Source: a virus
Taxonomy: Duplodnaviria > Caudoviricetes
Reading direction: 5' to 3' (one strand)
DNA: 64,000 nt
Virus record (IMG/VR): IMGVR_UViG_2935054407_000001
Coordinates: 1 to 64,000 of that record
The notes under the pieces: generated by a model
Databases searched by the model: none
What the model was told of the DNA's origin: nothing
What the model saw: the letters and a program-made list of their open reading frames with translations, nothing else
Position numbers and translations under genes: made by a program
In this document: piece after piece, positions 28,682-37,720 of the stretch
Layout: each line of letters starts with the position of its first letter
How positions within the stretch are numbered: the first letter of the stretch is position 1

Positions 28682-29788
28682 ATGTCTCGCGAGACTGCGC
28701 AGTGGCTCAACACCATGACCCTCATCGGCTTCACCGGCAAGCGTGGCAAGGCGTGGCACTACCGTGCCGACGTCCAGGGTGACGAGAGCAACCACTACGA
28801 CGGCGCCATTCCCGTGGAAGACGTCAAGCGGCGTCTGTTCCACTGGGCGCCCGTCGAGATGCCCGTGTTCACCATCGTCCCCCCGCGTTTCGACCTGGAC
28901 GGCGTCCACCCCGCGCGTATCGTCCGCCTGGACGGGCGTAAGGCCGTTCTCCGGGATGACGAGCTGGCGGCGGCGGGTATCGACCTGACCGGCCTGGACC
29001 TGTCCGGCAACCTGTGGGACCTGCCCGGCATGGACGCCATGGGCATGTTCAAGGACTCGTACCAGCCGCACCCCTACCACGAGTGGCTCGTGCTGAACGT
29101 GGAGCGGATCCTGGACGGGAACCTCTCCATCGGCTCGGCCGGTCTGCTGCGCGGCGGTGCTCAGGCGTGGGTGAGTGTGGAAGTGCCGGACAACATCACC
29201 ACGCCAGAAGGGGTCGAGTTCCGGCCGAATCTGCTGGCGTGCACGTCCTTCGACGGCTCGTTGGCGACCACGTACAAGCGCCACGTCACGGTGGTCGTGT
29301 GCGACAACACGCTGAGCATCGCCAGGGGCGAGAACGGACAGCAGTACAAGGTCAAGCACACGAGCAAGAGCCTCAACCGCATCACTGACGCTCGCGAGGC
29401 TCTGAACATCGTCTACAGCGCTGCGGACGACTTCGCGGCGGAAGTGGCGGAGCTGTGCCGGATCGACGTGTCCGACAAGGCGTGGGCCGCCTTCATGAAC
29501 GAGATCGCGCCCCTGCCCGAGGACCCGAAGAACAAGCGGGGTGCCACCATGGCGGAGAACAAGCGCGCGGAGTACAACCGCCTGTGGAACCACGACGCTC
29601 GCGTCTCCCCCTGGCAGAACACCGCCTACGGCGTGCTGGCTGCGGTCAACACGTACGACCACCACATTGCCACCACGCGCGGCATGAGCCGGGCCGACCG
29701 CAACATGGACAAGGCCGTGAGCGGTGACTTCGACAAGCTGGACCGAAGCACGCTCGCCACGCTGACCAAGGTTCTCGCCACCGTCTAG
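28682..29788 (+). CDS. DUF932 (phage/plasmid TIGR03299-like) protein
   Basis: SAGLLRGGAQAWV, PNLLACTSFDGSLAT, VVCDNTL, TAYGVLAAVNTY. Confidence 0.88.
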   Translation: MSRETAQWLNTMTLIGFTGKRGKAWHYRADVQGDESNHYDGAIPVEDVKRRLFHWAPVEMPVFTIVPPRFDLDGVHPARIVRLDGRKAVLRDDELAAAGIDLTGLDLSGNLWDLPGMDAMGMFKDSYQPHPYHEWLVLNVERILDGNLSIGSAGLLRGGAQAWVSVEVPDNITTPEGVEFRPNLLACTSFDGSLATTYKRHVTVVVCDNTLSIARGENGQQYKVKHTSKSLNRITDAREALNIVYSAADDFAAEVAELCRIDVSDKAWAAFMNEIAPLPEDPKNKRGATMAENKRAEYNRLWNHDARVSPWQNTAYGVLAAVNTYDHHIATTRGMSRADRNMDKAVSGDFDKLDRSTLATLTKVLATV

Positions 29789-29882
29789 GCGGTTCGTTGG
29801 GCACGCGTCTTTCACACCGGGAGACGCGTGTCCTTCAATCCGATGTGACGTCGGTACCTCCCCCAGAAAGGCGGCTCTAACG

Positions 29883-30155
29883 ATGATCAACAGACTGCGG
29901 ACGTCGCAACAGGTGGCTACTCTCCTGCTTTCGCTCGGCTGCACGGGCGTCCAGCAGCTCGCTAGAAAGTGCCCTGTGTCCGCGTACTACAGACTCCAGT
30001 ACCCGCACGCGACGCGAGTGACTGTAGGTCGTTACAACGTGACCCTCTGTTTCGGCAGCTTCAGGTACACCACCATCCCCAATTCCGCAGCCGTGCGACG
30101 GTTCATCGGGGAATTCGACTGTGGCGCCTACCCCGGCTTGATCCGTAAGCCGTAG
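29883..30155 (+). CDS. Hypothetical early protein
   Basis: CAGAAAGGCGG RBS. Confidence 0.65.
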   Translation: MINRLRTSQQVATLLLSLGCTGVQQLARKCPVSAYYRLQYPHATRVTVGRYNVTLCFGSFRYTTIPNSAAVRRFIGEFDCGAYPGLIRKP

Positions 30156-30157
30156 CC

Positions 30158-30406
30158 ATGGCGGCATACCCGCCTGGATTCATTCCCGCGCTTTCTGATG
30201 ACTCGCCGGAAGTCCGGGCGGATGCCGCTCTGTGGATTATCGGGGAACGCGAGACAGAGCTAACCGGCATCGAAGCGCGCATAGAGCAAGAGCGCAACGC
30301 GTCGCGACGGAACAAGCTCCGCACCAAGCACAAAGCCCTACAGAACAACATCAGCGCGTGGCAGGTGTACATGGACGATGGTTGCCCGCGCTACGCACCT
30401 AGCTAA
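30158..30406 (+). CDS. Hypothetical early protein
   Basis: Coiled-coil ORF in the operon. Confidence 0.55.
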   Translation: MAAYPPGFIPALSDDSPEVRADAALWIIGERETELTGIEARIEQERNASRRNKLRTKHKALQNNISAWQVYMDDGCPRYAPS

Positions 30407-30426
30407 CACACAGAAAGGCGGAACAC

Positions 30427-30582
30427 ATGCTCATGGCCCCCCGCAACCGTGGCCGTGTCGGATTCTCCGGCTGCGAATTCACCTGCTGCCCGATCTGGTC
30501 GAACAAGCGGCGCGAGCGGCGCCACATCCGGCGTAGGGAGCGCCAGACGGTTAACCGGATGCTCGTCGCTCTCGACTACTAG
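30427..30582 (+). CDS. 51-aa basic peptide absent from the ORF track
   Basis: CACAGAAAGGCGG RBS; MLMAPRNRGRVGFSGCEFTCCPIWSNKRRERRHIRRRERQ... Confidence 0.65.
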   Translation: MLMAPRNRGRVGFSGCEFTCCPIWSNKRRERRHIRRRERQTVNRMLVALDY

Positions 30583-30643
30583 CCGAAACGCACGCTACGG
30601 CGTGCGTCGTACCGGGATTGGTTACCCGGTACCTGATGACGGC
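30582..30643 (+). ncRNA. Type II hammerhead ribozyme HH4 (predicted cleavage after 30608)
   Basis: gcc-GAAAC-gcacgc(UACG)gcgtgc-GUC-gtaccggg/cccggtac-CUGAUGA-cggc. Confidence 0.95.
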
Positions 30644-30676
30644 AGACCACCGTTAACACACAGAAAGGCGGGAGAT

Positions 30677-31207
30677 ATGGCTCCGCGCATTGACAGGAAC
30701 ATCGTGTTGGTTCTCGACGTCGAAGAGAACTACGGATACGGTCACATTTACGCCAGGCCGCGCGTGGAGAACAACGGCTTTCAGAAGTACGCCGATGCCC
30801 CCGTGTTGCTCTCTCCGGGACTGGGTGACCGGTACGGCTGGGACGAGCCGTACAACCACCTGGGCAACCTTCGCGCTTCGTGCCAGTACGACGTTACCAA
30901 CCGTTCGTGTGTCTACGGCTACGAAATCGAGTACGCCGACATGACCAGGGTCCGCACGCGTGAGGCTGAGGTCATGGCGAAGGCTCTCCGCAAGATAGAC
31001 CGGGAGATGAACAAGCTTCGCGACGCGCACGGCTACCCCGATTCTTATGGGGAGTACCTGGCGCACTTCGCCGCCGCGATCGGATGCAACCGCTTCGCCA
31101 TTAGGCATCGCGAAATGCGCGCCAACGGCACCCACTACCAGTGGTTGGACGTGGCCGGTATGCGCTCGTGGGTCGCACAGCAGACGGCGGACAAGGTGTC
31201 TGCGTAG
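30677..31207 (+). CDS. Hypothetical early protein
   Basis: CACAGAAAGGCGG RBS. Confidence 0.75.
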   Translation: MAPRIDRNIVLVLDVEENYGYGHIYARPRVENNGFQKYADAPVLLSPGLGDRYGWDEPYNHLGNLRASCQYDVTNRSCVYGYEIEYADMTRVRTREAEVMAKALRKIDREMNKLRDAHGYPDSYGEYLAHFAAAIGCNRFAIRHREMRANGTHYQWLDVAGMRSWVAQQTADKVSA

Positions 31208-31347
31208 GCGACGGATCCGATCCGGTCTAGGCGAGCTAGGGGGATGTGCGGACACGCGCCGTGCCTCCCTCAGTTCGATGTGACATCGGACTGCTTAAAC
31301 CCCCATGCGTCTTTCACACAGGCACGGCGCAACACAGAAAGGCGGCT

Positions 31348-31929
31348 ATGACACCTATCCCCCTCCCGATTTCTGGTGAGACGCACGAACGGTTCGTGTC
31401 CAGCATCCTGGACGTCTGGCACAGCGCTACGCCGGACCAGTTGGAGCGTGGAACGCGCTGGTATCCCCAGGCTAACCAGTTCGCCGCCATGATCTCTGGT
31501 GGCGACGTAGTAGCCGGGGCCGGTGTCATCGCTGCCCTGTCCGCCAATAAGCGATGGGACGAGAACACCAAGATTGCGGCCCGCGCTTTCGTGAATGGTG
31601 AACCGTCGGGGCACGTCGGTGATGCGCTCACGAAAGCGGCTCGGATCATGGGCGGTGAGTCACCTTCGGATGTCCTGCCCATGGACGTCAAGACGGGCCA
31701 GTTTTTCCGATGCATCGCTGACCCGACGGACCCTGAGGCGGTCTGTGTGGACCGTCACGCGCATGATGTGGCGGTTGGTCGCCGGTATGGCAGTGCGGAC
31801 CGTGGCCTTAGCTCTCGCAAGCGTTACAAGGCCATTGCGGACGCCTACAGGGAGGCCGCTAGGCGGCTGGGTGTCCTGCCTCTGACAGTCCAGGCCGTTT
31901 GCTGGATTGTCCAGATCGAAGCCAACTAA
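31348..31929 (+). CDS. Phage protein, possibly DNA glycosylase-like (DUF7178-like)
   Basis: GTRWY, GVIAALS..KRWDEN, VCVDRHA, QAVCW. Confidence 0.65.
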   Translation: MTPIPLPISGETHERFVSSILDVWHSATPDQLERGTRWYPQANQFAAMISGGDVVAGAGVIAALSANKRWDENTKIAARAFVNGEPSGHVGDALTKAARIMGGESPSDVLPMDVKTGQFFRCIADPTDPEAVCVDRHAHDVAVGRRYGSADRGLSSRKRYKAIADAYREAARRLGVLPLTVQAVCWIVQIEAN

Positions 31930-31947
31930 TCCAGAAAGGCGGATGAC

Positions 31948-32379
31948 ATGCCGTACACGGCACATGGTCACTGGTTTGGCGACGGTGAGCCCACCGGGCC
32001 TAGGCCGGACAGGGTCACACGGTGCAACGGACTGCACGGGTGCCCGCAATGCAAGATGGATGCCGAGCTGGTCTCGATGCTCGCGAGTCCTAAAAAGGGA
32101 ATCGCTCTCAAGTTCGGTGACCAAATTTCGAACGGTGCTCACGTGCTGGCCTACACCGGCATCCACAGCAGCACGAGGATCACACGCGCGGTTGCGCTGT
32201 GCTGGTGTCCAACGCGGAAAGAGTTCGTGATCTGGACCATCGAATACGGATACGCCGACCAGGGCGAAGCCTGGTACGCACACAACGGCCACCGCGCGGG
32301 ACAAGACCTCGCCTATGCCCTGCTGAGCTATACGCAGCAGGCCGGTCCCGGCGCCTCTCTCCCGAATTTCATCTACTAG
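31948..32379 (+). CDS. Hypothetical early protein
   Basis: RBS; RCNGLHGCPQC. Confidence 0.7.
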   Translation: MPYTAHGHWFGDGEPTGPRPDRVTRCNGLHGCPQCKMDAELVSMLASPKKGIALKFGDQISNGAHVLAYTGIHSSTRITRAVALCWCPTRKEFVIWTIEYGYADQGEAWYAHNGHRAGQDLAYALLSYTQQAGPGASLPNFIY

Positions 32380-32450
32380 GCGAAACGCGCGTCTTTCACA
32401 CCGGTAGGCGCGCGTCGCGTCGGGAGTCGTTACCCGATGCCTGATGAGCC
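32379..32450 (+). ncRNA. Type II hammerhead ribozyme HH5 (predicted cleavage after 32416)
   Basis: ggc-GAAAC-gcgcgtct/aggcgcgc-GUC-gcgtcggg/cccgatgc-CUGAUGA-gcc. Confidence 0.93.
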
Positions 32451-32478
32451 AGACCACACAGAAAGAGGGCACAGACCC

Positions 32479-32829
32479 ATGAGCAACACCGCTAAGCAGA
32501 TCCAGGTTGGGACGCACGGCAAGGGCCTGCGGGCGCTGATTGAGGCCCTGGAGACCTGCACTCCCTTCAAGACGGCTGGTGCCTTTCAGGCCATGGCTGG
32601 CGTGCCCTCCGGGACCGGCCGCATGCCGAAGGATGAGCGCGAGCGTTTCGAGACCGACCGACCGCAGATCACGTACACCGTTCTTTCGTACGCCACCCCG
32701 ATTGCCTGGGTTCTGGAGAACGGAGAGACGTACGTCTCTGACACCTATTACTCACCCACGACGACCAAGCACCAGAGCCGTGTTCGCGTGTATCTGAACC
32801 GCGCAAACGTCATTGACGAGGCTGCGTAA
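32479..32829 (+). CDS. Hypothetical phage protein
   Basis: YTVLSYATPIAW...YSPTTTKHQS. Confidence 0.75.
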   Translation: MSNTAKQIQVGTHGKGLRALIEALETCTPFKTAGAFQAMAGVPSGTGRMPKDERERFETDRPQITYTVLSYATPIAWVLENGETYVSDTYYSPTTTKHQSRVRVYLNRANVIDEAA

Positions 32830-32897
32830 CGGTCGTGAGCGCTTCTGACATCGCCCGGAAATCCGGGCGGTGTTGGTGGCACGGCGAACGTGTCAGA
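32830..32897 (+). repeat. 68-bp intergenic structured repeat, copy 1
   Basis: Near-identical to 33500-33567. Confidence 0.9.
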
Positions 32898-32927
32898 CCT
32901 AAGAACATACACAGAAAGAGGGTTGTA

Positions 32928-33497
32928 ATGCTCACAGAGATCCGTGCCATCGCTACCGATGTTGCTCGCGAGATGGGTAACTGGACCATTCGCGACGGCT
33001 ACATGAACGGCCAGTTCTTCATCGCCGACGAGAACAAAGAGCTGTGCCTGATGTTCGATCTCACACACGAGACGGGCAGGCTCAGCATCAGTGCCTCGTA
33101 CCCGAAGAATTCCAGTGTGGTGCACGGCATCAAGGGCTACAGCATCCGCGTGTCTTACAAGCGCGGCGCGGTCGTGATCGCACGGGAGATCAAGCGGAGG
33201 TTGATGCCTGACTACCTCCGCGAGCTGGAGAGCGTTGTCACACGGATCGCCGCTCACGAGGCGGAGGAAAGGCGGCAGGCGACCATAGCGCAGACCGTCG
33301 CAACGGCGCTTGGTGTCGATTGCCCGGAGACCGTCCACCCATCCGGAGTCTATGTCCGTAGCGGCTGGTGCGGTCCGAAGGCGCCCGTTACACGCTCGGA
33401 ATTCCGCGTCATGTCCGGTAGCAGCGTGGCTATCGAGATCAAGACGGATGGTGAGGTAGCCGCAAAGATCGCCGAATTCCTTCGGACTCTTATGTAG
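32928..33497 (+). CDS. Hypothetical early protein
   Basis: ACAGAAAGAGG RBS then ATG. Confidence 0.7.
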   Translation: MLTEIRAIATDVAREMGNWTIRDGYMNGQFFIADENKELCLMFDLTHETGRLSISASYPKNSSVVHGIKGYSIRVSYKRGAVVIAREIKRRLMPDYLRELESVVTRIAAHEAEERRQATIAQTVATALGVDCPETVHPSGVYVRSGWCGPKAPVTRSEFRVMSGSSVAIEIKTDGEVAAKIAEFLRTLM

Positions 33498-33499
33498 TG

Positions 33500-33567
33500 C
33501 GGTCGTGAGCGCTTCTGACATCACCCGGATTTCCGGGCGGTGTTGGTGGCACGGCGAACGTGTCAGA
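33500..33567 (+). repeat. 68-bp intergenic structured repeat, copy 2
   Basis: Near-identical to 32830-32897. Confidence 0.9.
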
Positions 33568-33591
33568 GCAACACGCAGAAAGGCGGGACAG

Positions 33592-34191
33592 ATGGGATCG
33601 ATTGGACTTCACCGCGAGCCTGGCATGACCGATCGGGAATTCTTCGAGAAGGAGTTCCCGAACATGCTCGGCAAGTATGGGCAGATCGTGGCCTGTGCTT
33701 CCAACCCCGCTGGTGGCGATTGGAACCGTGCTTTCTATGCGGCGGTCACCAACAACGATGACGCGTCGTATAAGCCGGGCGAGACGTGGGCGTTGGTCGT
33801 GCTGATGCGCAACGACCGTAAATCGTCGGGCGGGTGCAACTTCTACTACAAGGACTTGGACGAGACCATGGGGCCGGTTGAAAGCACCTGCCCGGACCGG
33901 ATTCTTGACCTCCTGTCACCGACCGAACATGCAGGGGCCACCAGGTGGCGAGAGCGCTGCCGTGCCCACAATGCCCGCCTGGACAAGGCGCGGAAGCTCA
34001 CCGACGGTCAGATCATCCGCTTCACCAACCCCATGCCCTTCGGTGAGCCGTATGGAGAGGCTCAGCGCTTCCGCTACCGGAAGGCGGGGCGTAAGTCGGT
34101 CCTTGAAGCGATCACCGATGACGGGGAATTCCGCTTCCGTGCCCGGATTCCCGGCTGGCGCGCAATGTCATTCGAGATCGAGAACAACTAG
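33592..34191 (+). CDS. DUF6927-like protein
   Basis: FYAAV, FYYKDLDETMGP...CPDRILDLLSPT...WRERC. Confidence 0.75.
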   Translation: MGSIGLHREPGMTDREFFEKEFPNMLGKYGQIVACASNPAGGDWNRAFYAAVTNNDDASYKPGETWALVVLMRNDRKSSGGCNFYYKDLDETMGPVESTCPDRILDLLSPTEHAGATRWRERCRAHNARLDKARKLTDGQIIRFTNPMPFGEPYGEAQRFRYRKAGRKSVLEAITDDGEFRFRARIPGWRAMSFEIENN

Positions 34192-34207
34192 CAGAAAGAC
34201 GGTAGTG

Positions 34208-36918
34208 ATGGACATCCCCGCTCTCCTCGTACGCATGGCGCGCAGCGTTCCCCGGCACGACAATGCCCGAATGATTATGTGGACGGCACACGAGGCGGTG
34301 AACAACACGTCTGACCTGGTGGATGGTGCACGGGCAGCGCTGGCGTACGTGTCAACGCACATCGGCGATGCTCCCGGACAGTCCAGGGATGAGCTGCTAA
34401 ATGACGCGGTTGCGGTGCTCTCCCTACATCTGGCGCTGCACACCATCGCCGAAAAGTACAAGTAAGGGAAAGGCGGGAGTAATGCCAGAGCGGCGCAAGG
34501 CGACCACGAAATACACGCTCGTACAGCACAGCGGGAGCACATCGCATGCGGAATTCCGGCACGCGGTAGAAGTGCTCTCCGTCTCGACGCTCACGGAACA
34601 GGACAAGATCGAAAAGGTCGGCGGCCTGCTGTTCGAGAGCTGGGAGGAGGCGGACAACAGGGAGTACGAGGAGAACTACCCGCCGGGGGTTACCGGGCTC
34701 TACCCGCGCGTGCCCGGCACGTTCCGGACCGATCTGAAAATCGATGGGTTCAACCTCTACATCCCCGCTGCGAAGAACGACACGGAAGGCCAGTGACCAT
34801 GCCTCTTACCGCCCCCGAAAAGCGAGCCATCAAGCGGGCTTACCGCTGTGTCGTGATGCTGAACGAGCACACGCCGGAATGGCGCGGAATGGTGGACAAG
34901 GACACCCTTGCCATGCATCACACGAGCCGCTGTGTGTTCGGCCAGGTGTTCGGCGACTTCAACGAAGGGATCGACGTGCTGTCCCTGCACGGTTGCGACG
35001 AACCGCAGCGCTACGGGCTGGATCTCGACGTGAGGAACGACGTCATGTACCCCGTGCTGGACACCGCCTGGCGGATCGTGCTTGACCACCTGGACGCGCG
35101 GTCGGCCTAGCGGATCCTCTGGTCCCCATGCCTGCCAAATATCGGGGGCGGGCATGGGCGGCCGGGGCGTCCGCTTGGACGATCACCACCACACACACAC
35201 AGAAAGGCGGGAGATGGGAAGGCACAGCAGGAACCGATCGCCGTACCCGGCCAGCAGCACGACCCCTGACCGCTCACAGGTCACGGAATCTGAGAGCGAG
35301 GCTCTCGTCCGGCTCGCTGCTCTGGTCTGTCACAACATCGCTACCGGCTTCGCTCCGGAGCGGGCTGTGGAGGCGGCTCTCCGTTCCTTCGACGACCCCG
35401 AAAGCGTGGTCGAGCTGTGGGCAGCGGTCTGGGAGCGCATCAAATCTGAAGACACCGAAAGGCGGTAGAACCATGACCTACAACCACGCACGCATGACGG
35501 ACGCGGATCGCGCTAGGAACACCCGCACCATCACGAACAGGCTCATCCATGCATGGGAGATCATGAAGGCCACGGGTCCGGTTTCTGGCCCAGCCGACTA
35601 CTACACTGGGATGTCCACCGCGTACGAGGCGTTCACCGGCTGCAACCCCGTAGCGCTGTCGATGGCGCTGGACGACAACCGGAAGCGCCACGGCAATCTG
35701 TCGCTCTCCGATCGGGCTGACAAGCTGATCGAGTCCTTGTCTCTGGCCGAGGTCTTCCCCTACCTCAAGGACGGGGACGCGTGATGACTGCATACGAGAT
35801 CGCTGCTCGGGCCGCTTTCTTCGCCTCCCAGCGCGCGACACAGGCGACCGTGGCAGAGCTGCACAGGTGGGAGCGCGCGGCTCGGCGCTCTGGCAACCGC
35901 GAGCACGTCAAGGAGATCCGGCGCGAGGTGAGGCGCATTCGCGCTACCAAGCGGCTCTCTCTCATCAAGCACGGCGGCGCGTGGGCCTGCTTCGACAACC
36001 GCACGGGGTCAGTCTGCGAGACCTTCGCTTACCGCATGGACGGCGCGACCTACGTCGAGTACTGGAACGGCCAGTACCACAAGCACACGTCCTAGCGGAT
36101 CCTCCGATCACCGCGCGTCTTTCACACCGGTAGAGATGCGCGGCCGGTCGGGGCGTCCGCTGGGGCGATCACGACCAACACACACAGAAAGGCGGGAGAT
36201 CTATGCGCTTCTCCTACATCAACGAGGACTACATGCGCGAGCGGTGGCCGGTCGGCTGCCGAGCACGGCTCAAGAGCCTTCCGGGGAACTCGACCACCCT
36301 GACGATCGCCCCGCACGCGGAGACGAACTCCCCCTACAACCTCCGCTACTCGACGCGGACCAAGAGCGGTCCGGCGGTCAACATCACCTACCCGAAGTAC
36401 TGGCGGAACCGCAAGGGCGGCTGGGTGTTCGCCGCAGCGCTCCGACTGATCGGTAAGTGCGCTGACGGTACGTGCAACCACGCGGAAAGGCGGTAGATCC
36501 GCGTGCACTGTGACCGTTGCGGCCGAGAGCTGCGGGCCTGGCCGTTGGAGCGCGGAAGCCGTTGCAGCCCCAAGCGGTGGACGTACTGCATCAGGCCGAA
36601 GAGCGACTGAGACTCCCCAACCGCACACAGAAAGGCGGTAGTTCCACCATGCCTAAGATCCTGATCGCCACCGACAAGGCTCCGCAGAGCAGCGTCCCCA
36701 ACGTGCGCGGGATGAACTGGGTGGCCCGTCGCGCCGCCATCATCCGCGCGGCCTTCCACCTGGAGAGGCAGGAGCGGGCCGTGCGGGCGCTGATGGCGAT
36801 GACCTTCGACGGCGACGAGCGGATCAAGCTCAAGGCCCTGCTCCAGCAGATCCAGGCGGACATCCGGAGCATCCACGTCTACGCCAAGGCCGGTTATCCG
36901 TCTGTCCGGGAGATCTGA
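34208..36918 (+). other. Run of small early genes (34208-34465, 34482-34796, 34793-35110, 35214-35468, 35473-35784, 35781-36095, 36203-36496, 36503-36610, 36649-36918)
   Basis: Most preceded by GAAAG(G/A)CGG; 36503-36610 is a 35-aa Cys peptide absent from the ORF track. Confidence 0.7.
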
Positions 36919-37692
36919 GTGCGCGCCCGGTTTCTCTGTGGTGCTCCGGAGTTGAGTTGGGCCGAAGATCACGGCGACATCGGGCCGCTTTTCATCAGCT
37001 TCAACCGCATTTGCCGATTGAAGTTTCGGCCCATCGATGTCACCACGGATTTCGCTATCGACAGTGGCGGCTTCACACAGCTTTCCAATGGCGGTTGGCC
37101 GGACGGCTGCGAAGAGCCCTACATCGCGGCGATTCGCAGGCTCAAGCGCTTCATCTGGAGAGGCGGCCACCACCTTCTGTGGATCGCTCCGCAAGATTGG
37201 ATGTGCGAGGAAGAGCAGCTAGCCAACACTGGTCTTACGGTGCTCGAACACCAGAGACGCACCGTGCGGAACTTCGCCCGGCTCACTCAGCTTGCCCCCG
37301 ATCTTCCGTGGGCCATGGCTGTGCAGGGTGATACGCCGAGAGCCTATCTCCGCATTCTCGACATGTACGCAGACGCAGGAGTCGATCCCCTCGCACAGAA
37401 GATCGTTGGCGTCGGTTCCATCTGCCGAATTCAGCACACGGACAAGGCCGTCGAGATTATCGAGACCTTGCACGATGCCGGACTGCGGAAGCTACACGGA
37501 TTCGGACTGAAGACGGAAGGGCTCGCGAAGGTCGGGCATCTCCTCACCTCCGCCGATTCGATGGCCTGGTCTGAGCATGCCCGCAAGCAGAAGATCCACC
37601 TTGACGGGTGCTCGCATAAGCGGTGCGTCTCCTGCCCGAAATTCGCCAAGCAATGGCGAGACAACCTCATCAATCGCGGGCTCGCTGCCTAA
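36919..37692 (+). CDS. Queuine tRNA-ribosyltransferase-like / DpdA-like protein
   Basis: FAIDSGGFTQL, APQDWMCE, VGVGSICR, LHGFGLK, SADSMAWS. Confidence 0.8.
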   Translation: MRARFLCGAPELSWAEDHGDIGPLFISFNRICRLKFRPIDVTTDFAIDSGGFTQLSNGGWPDGCEEPYIAAIRRLKRFIWRGGHHLLWIAPQDWMCEEEQLANTGLTVLEHQRRTVRNFARLTQLAPDLPWAMAVQGDTPRAYLRILDMYADAGVDPLAQKIVGVGSICRIQHTDKAVEIIETLHDAGLRKLHGFGLKTEGLAKVGHLLTSADSMAWSEHARKQKIHLDGCSHKRCVSCPKFAKQWRDNLINRGLAA

Positions 37693-37720
37693 TCGTTCAC
37701 ACAGAAAGACGGTAATAGTC

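Noticed and set aside
29801-29833. Sixth hammerhead
   Set aside because: Has the stem III hairpin and GUC but no GAAA and no CUGANGA
28586-29944. Long antisense ORFs (also 51005-52306, 47040-48191, 57586-58611)
   Set aside because: Shadow frames of GC-rich real genes with no recognisable motifs
30195-30230. CTGATGA as another hammerhead core
   Set aside because: Inside an ORF with no matching GAAA or stems; the same applies to 2868, 7571 and 15572
32830-32897. Canonical HDV-like or theta ribozyme
   Set aside because: GGCGAAC and a P2-like pairing are present, but P3/L3/P1.1 cannot be built; kept only as an unknown motif
27113-36172. Repeats separated by unique DNA as a CRISPR array or integron attC cassettes
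   Set aside because: Spacers are whole genes of 0.3-2 kb and the repeats fit RNA structures; no cas operon, no attC R-box pattern and no IntI-type integrase
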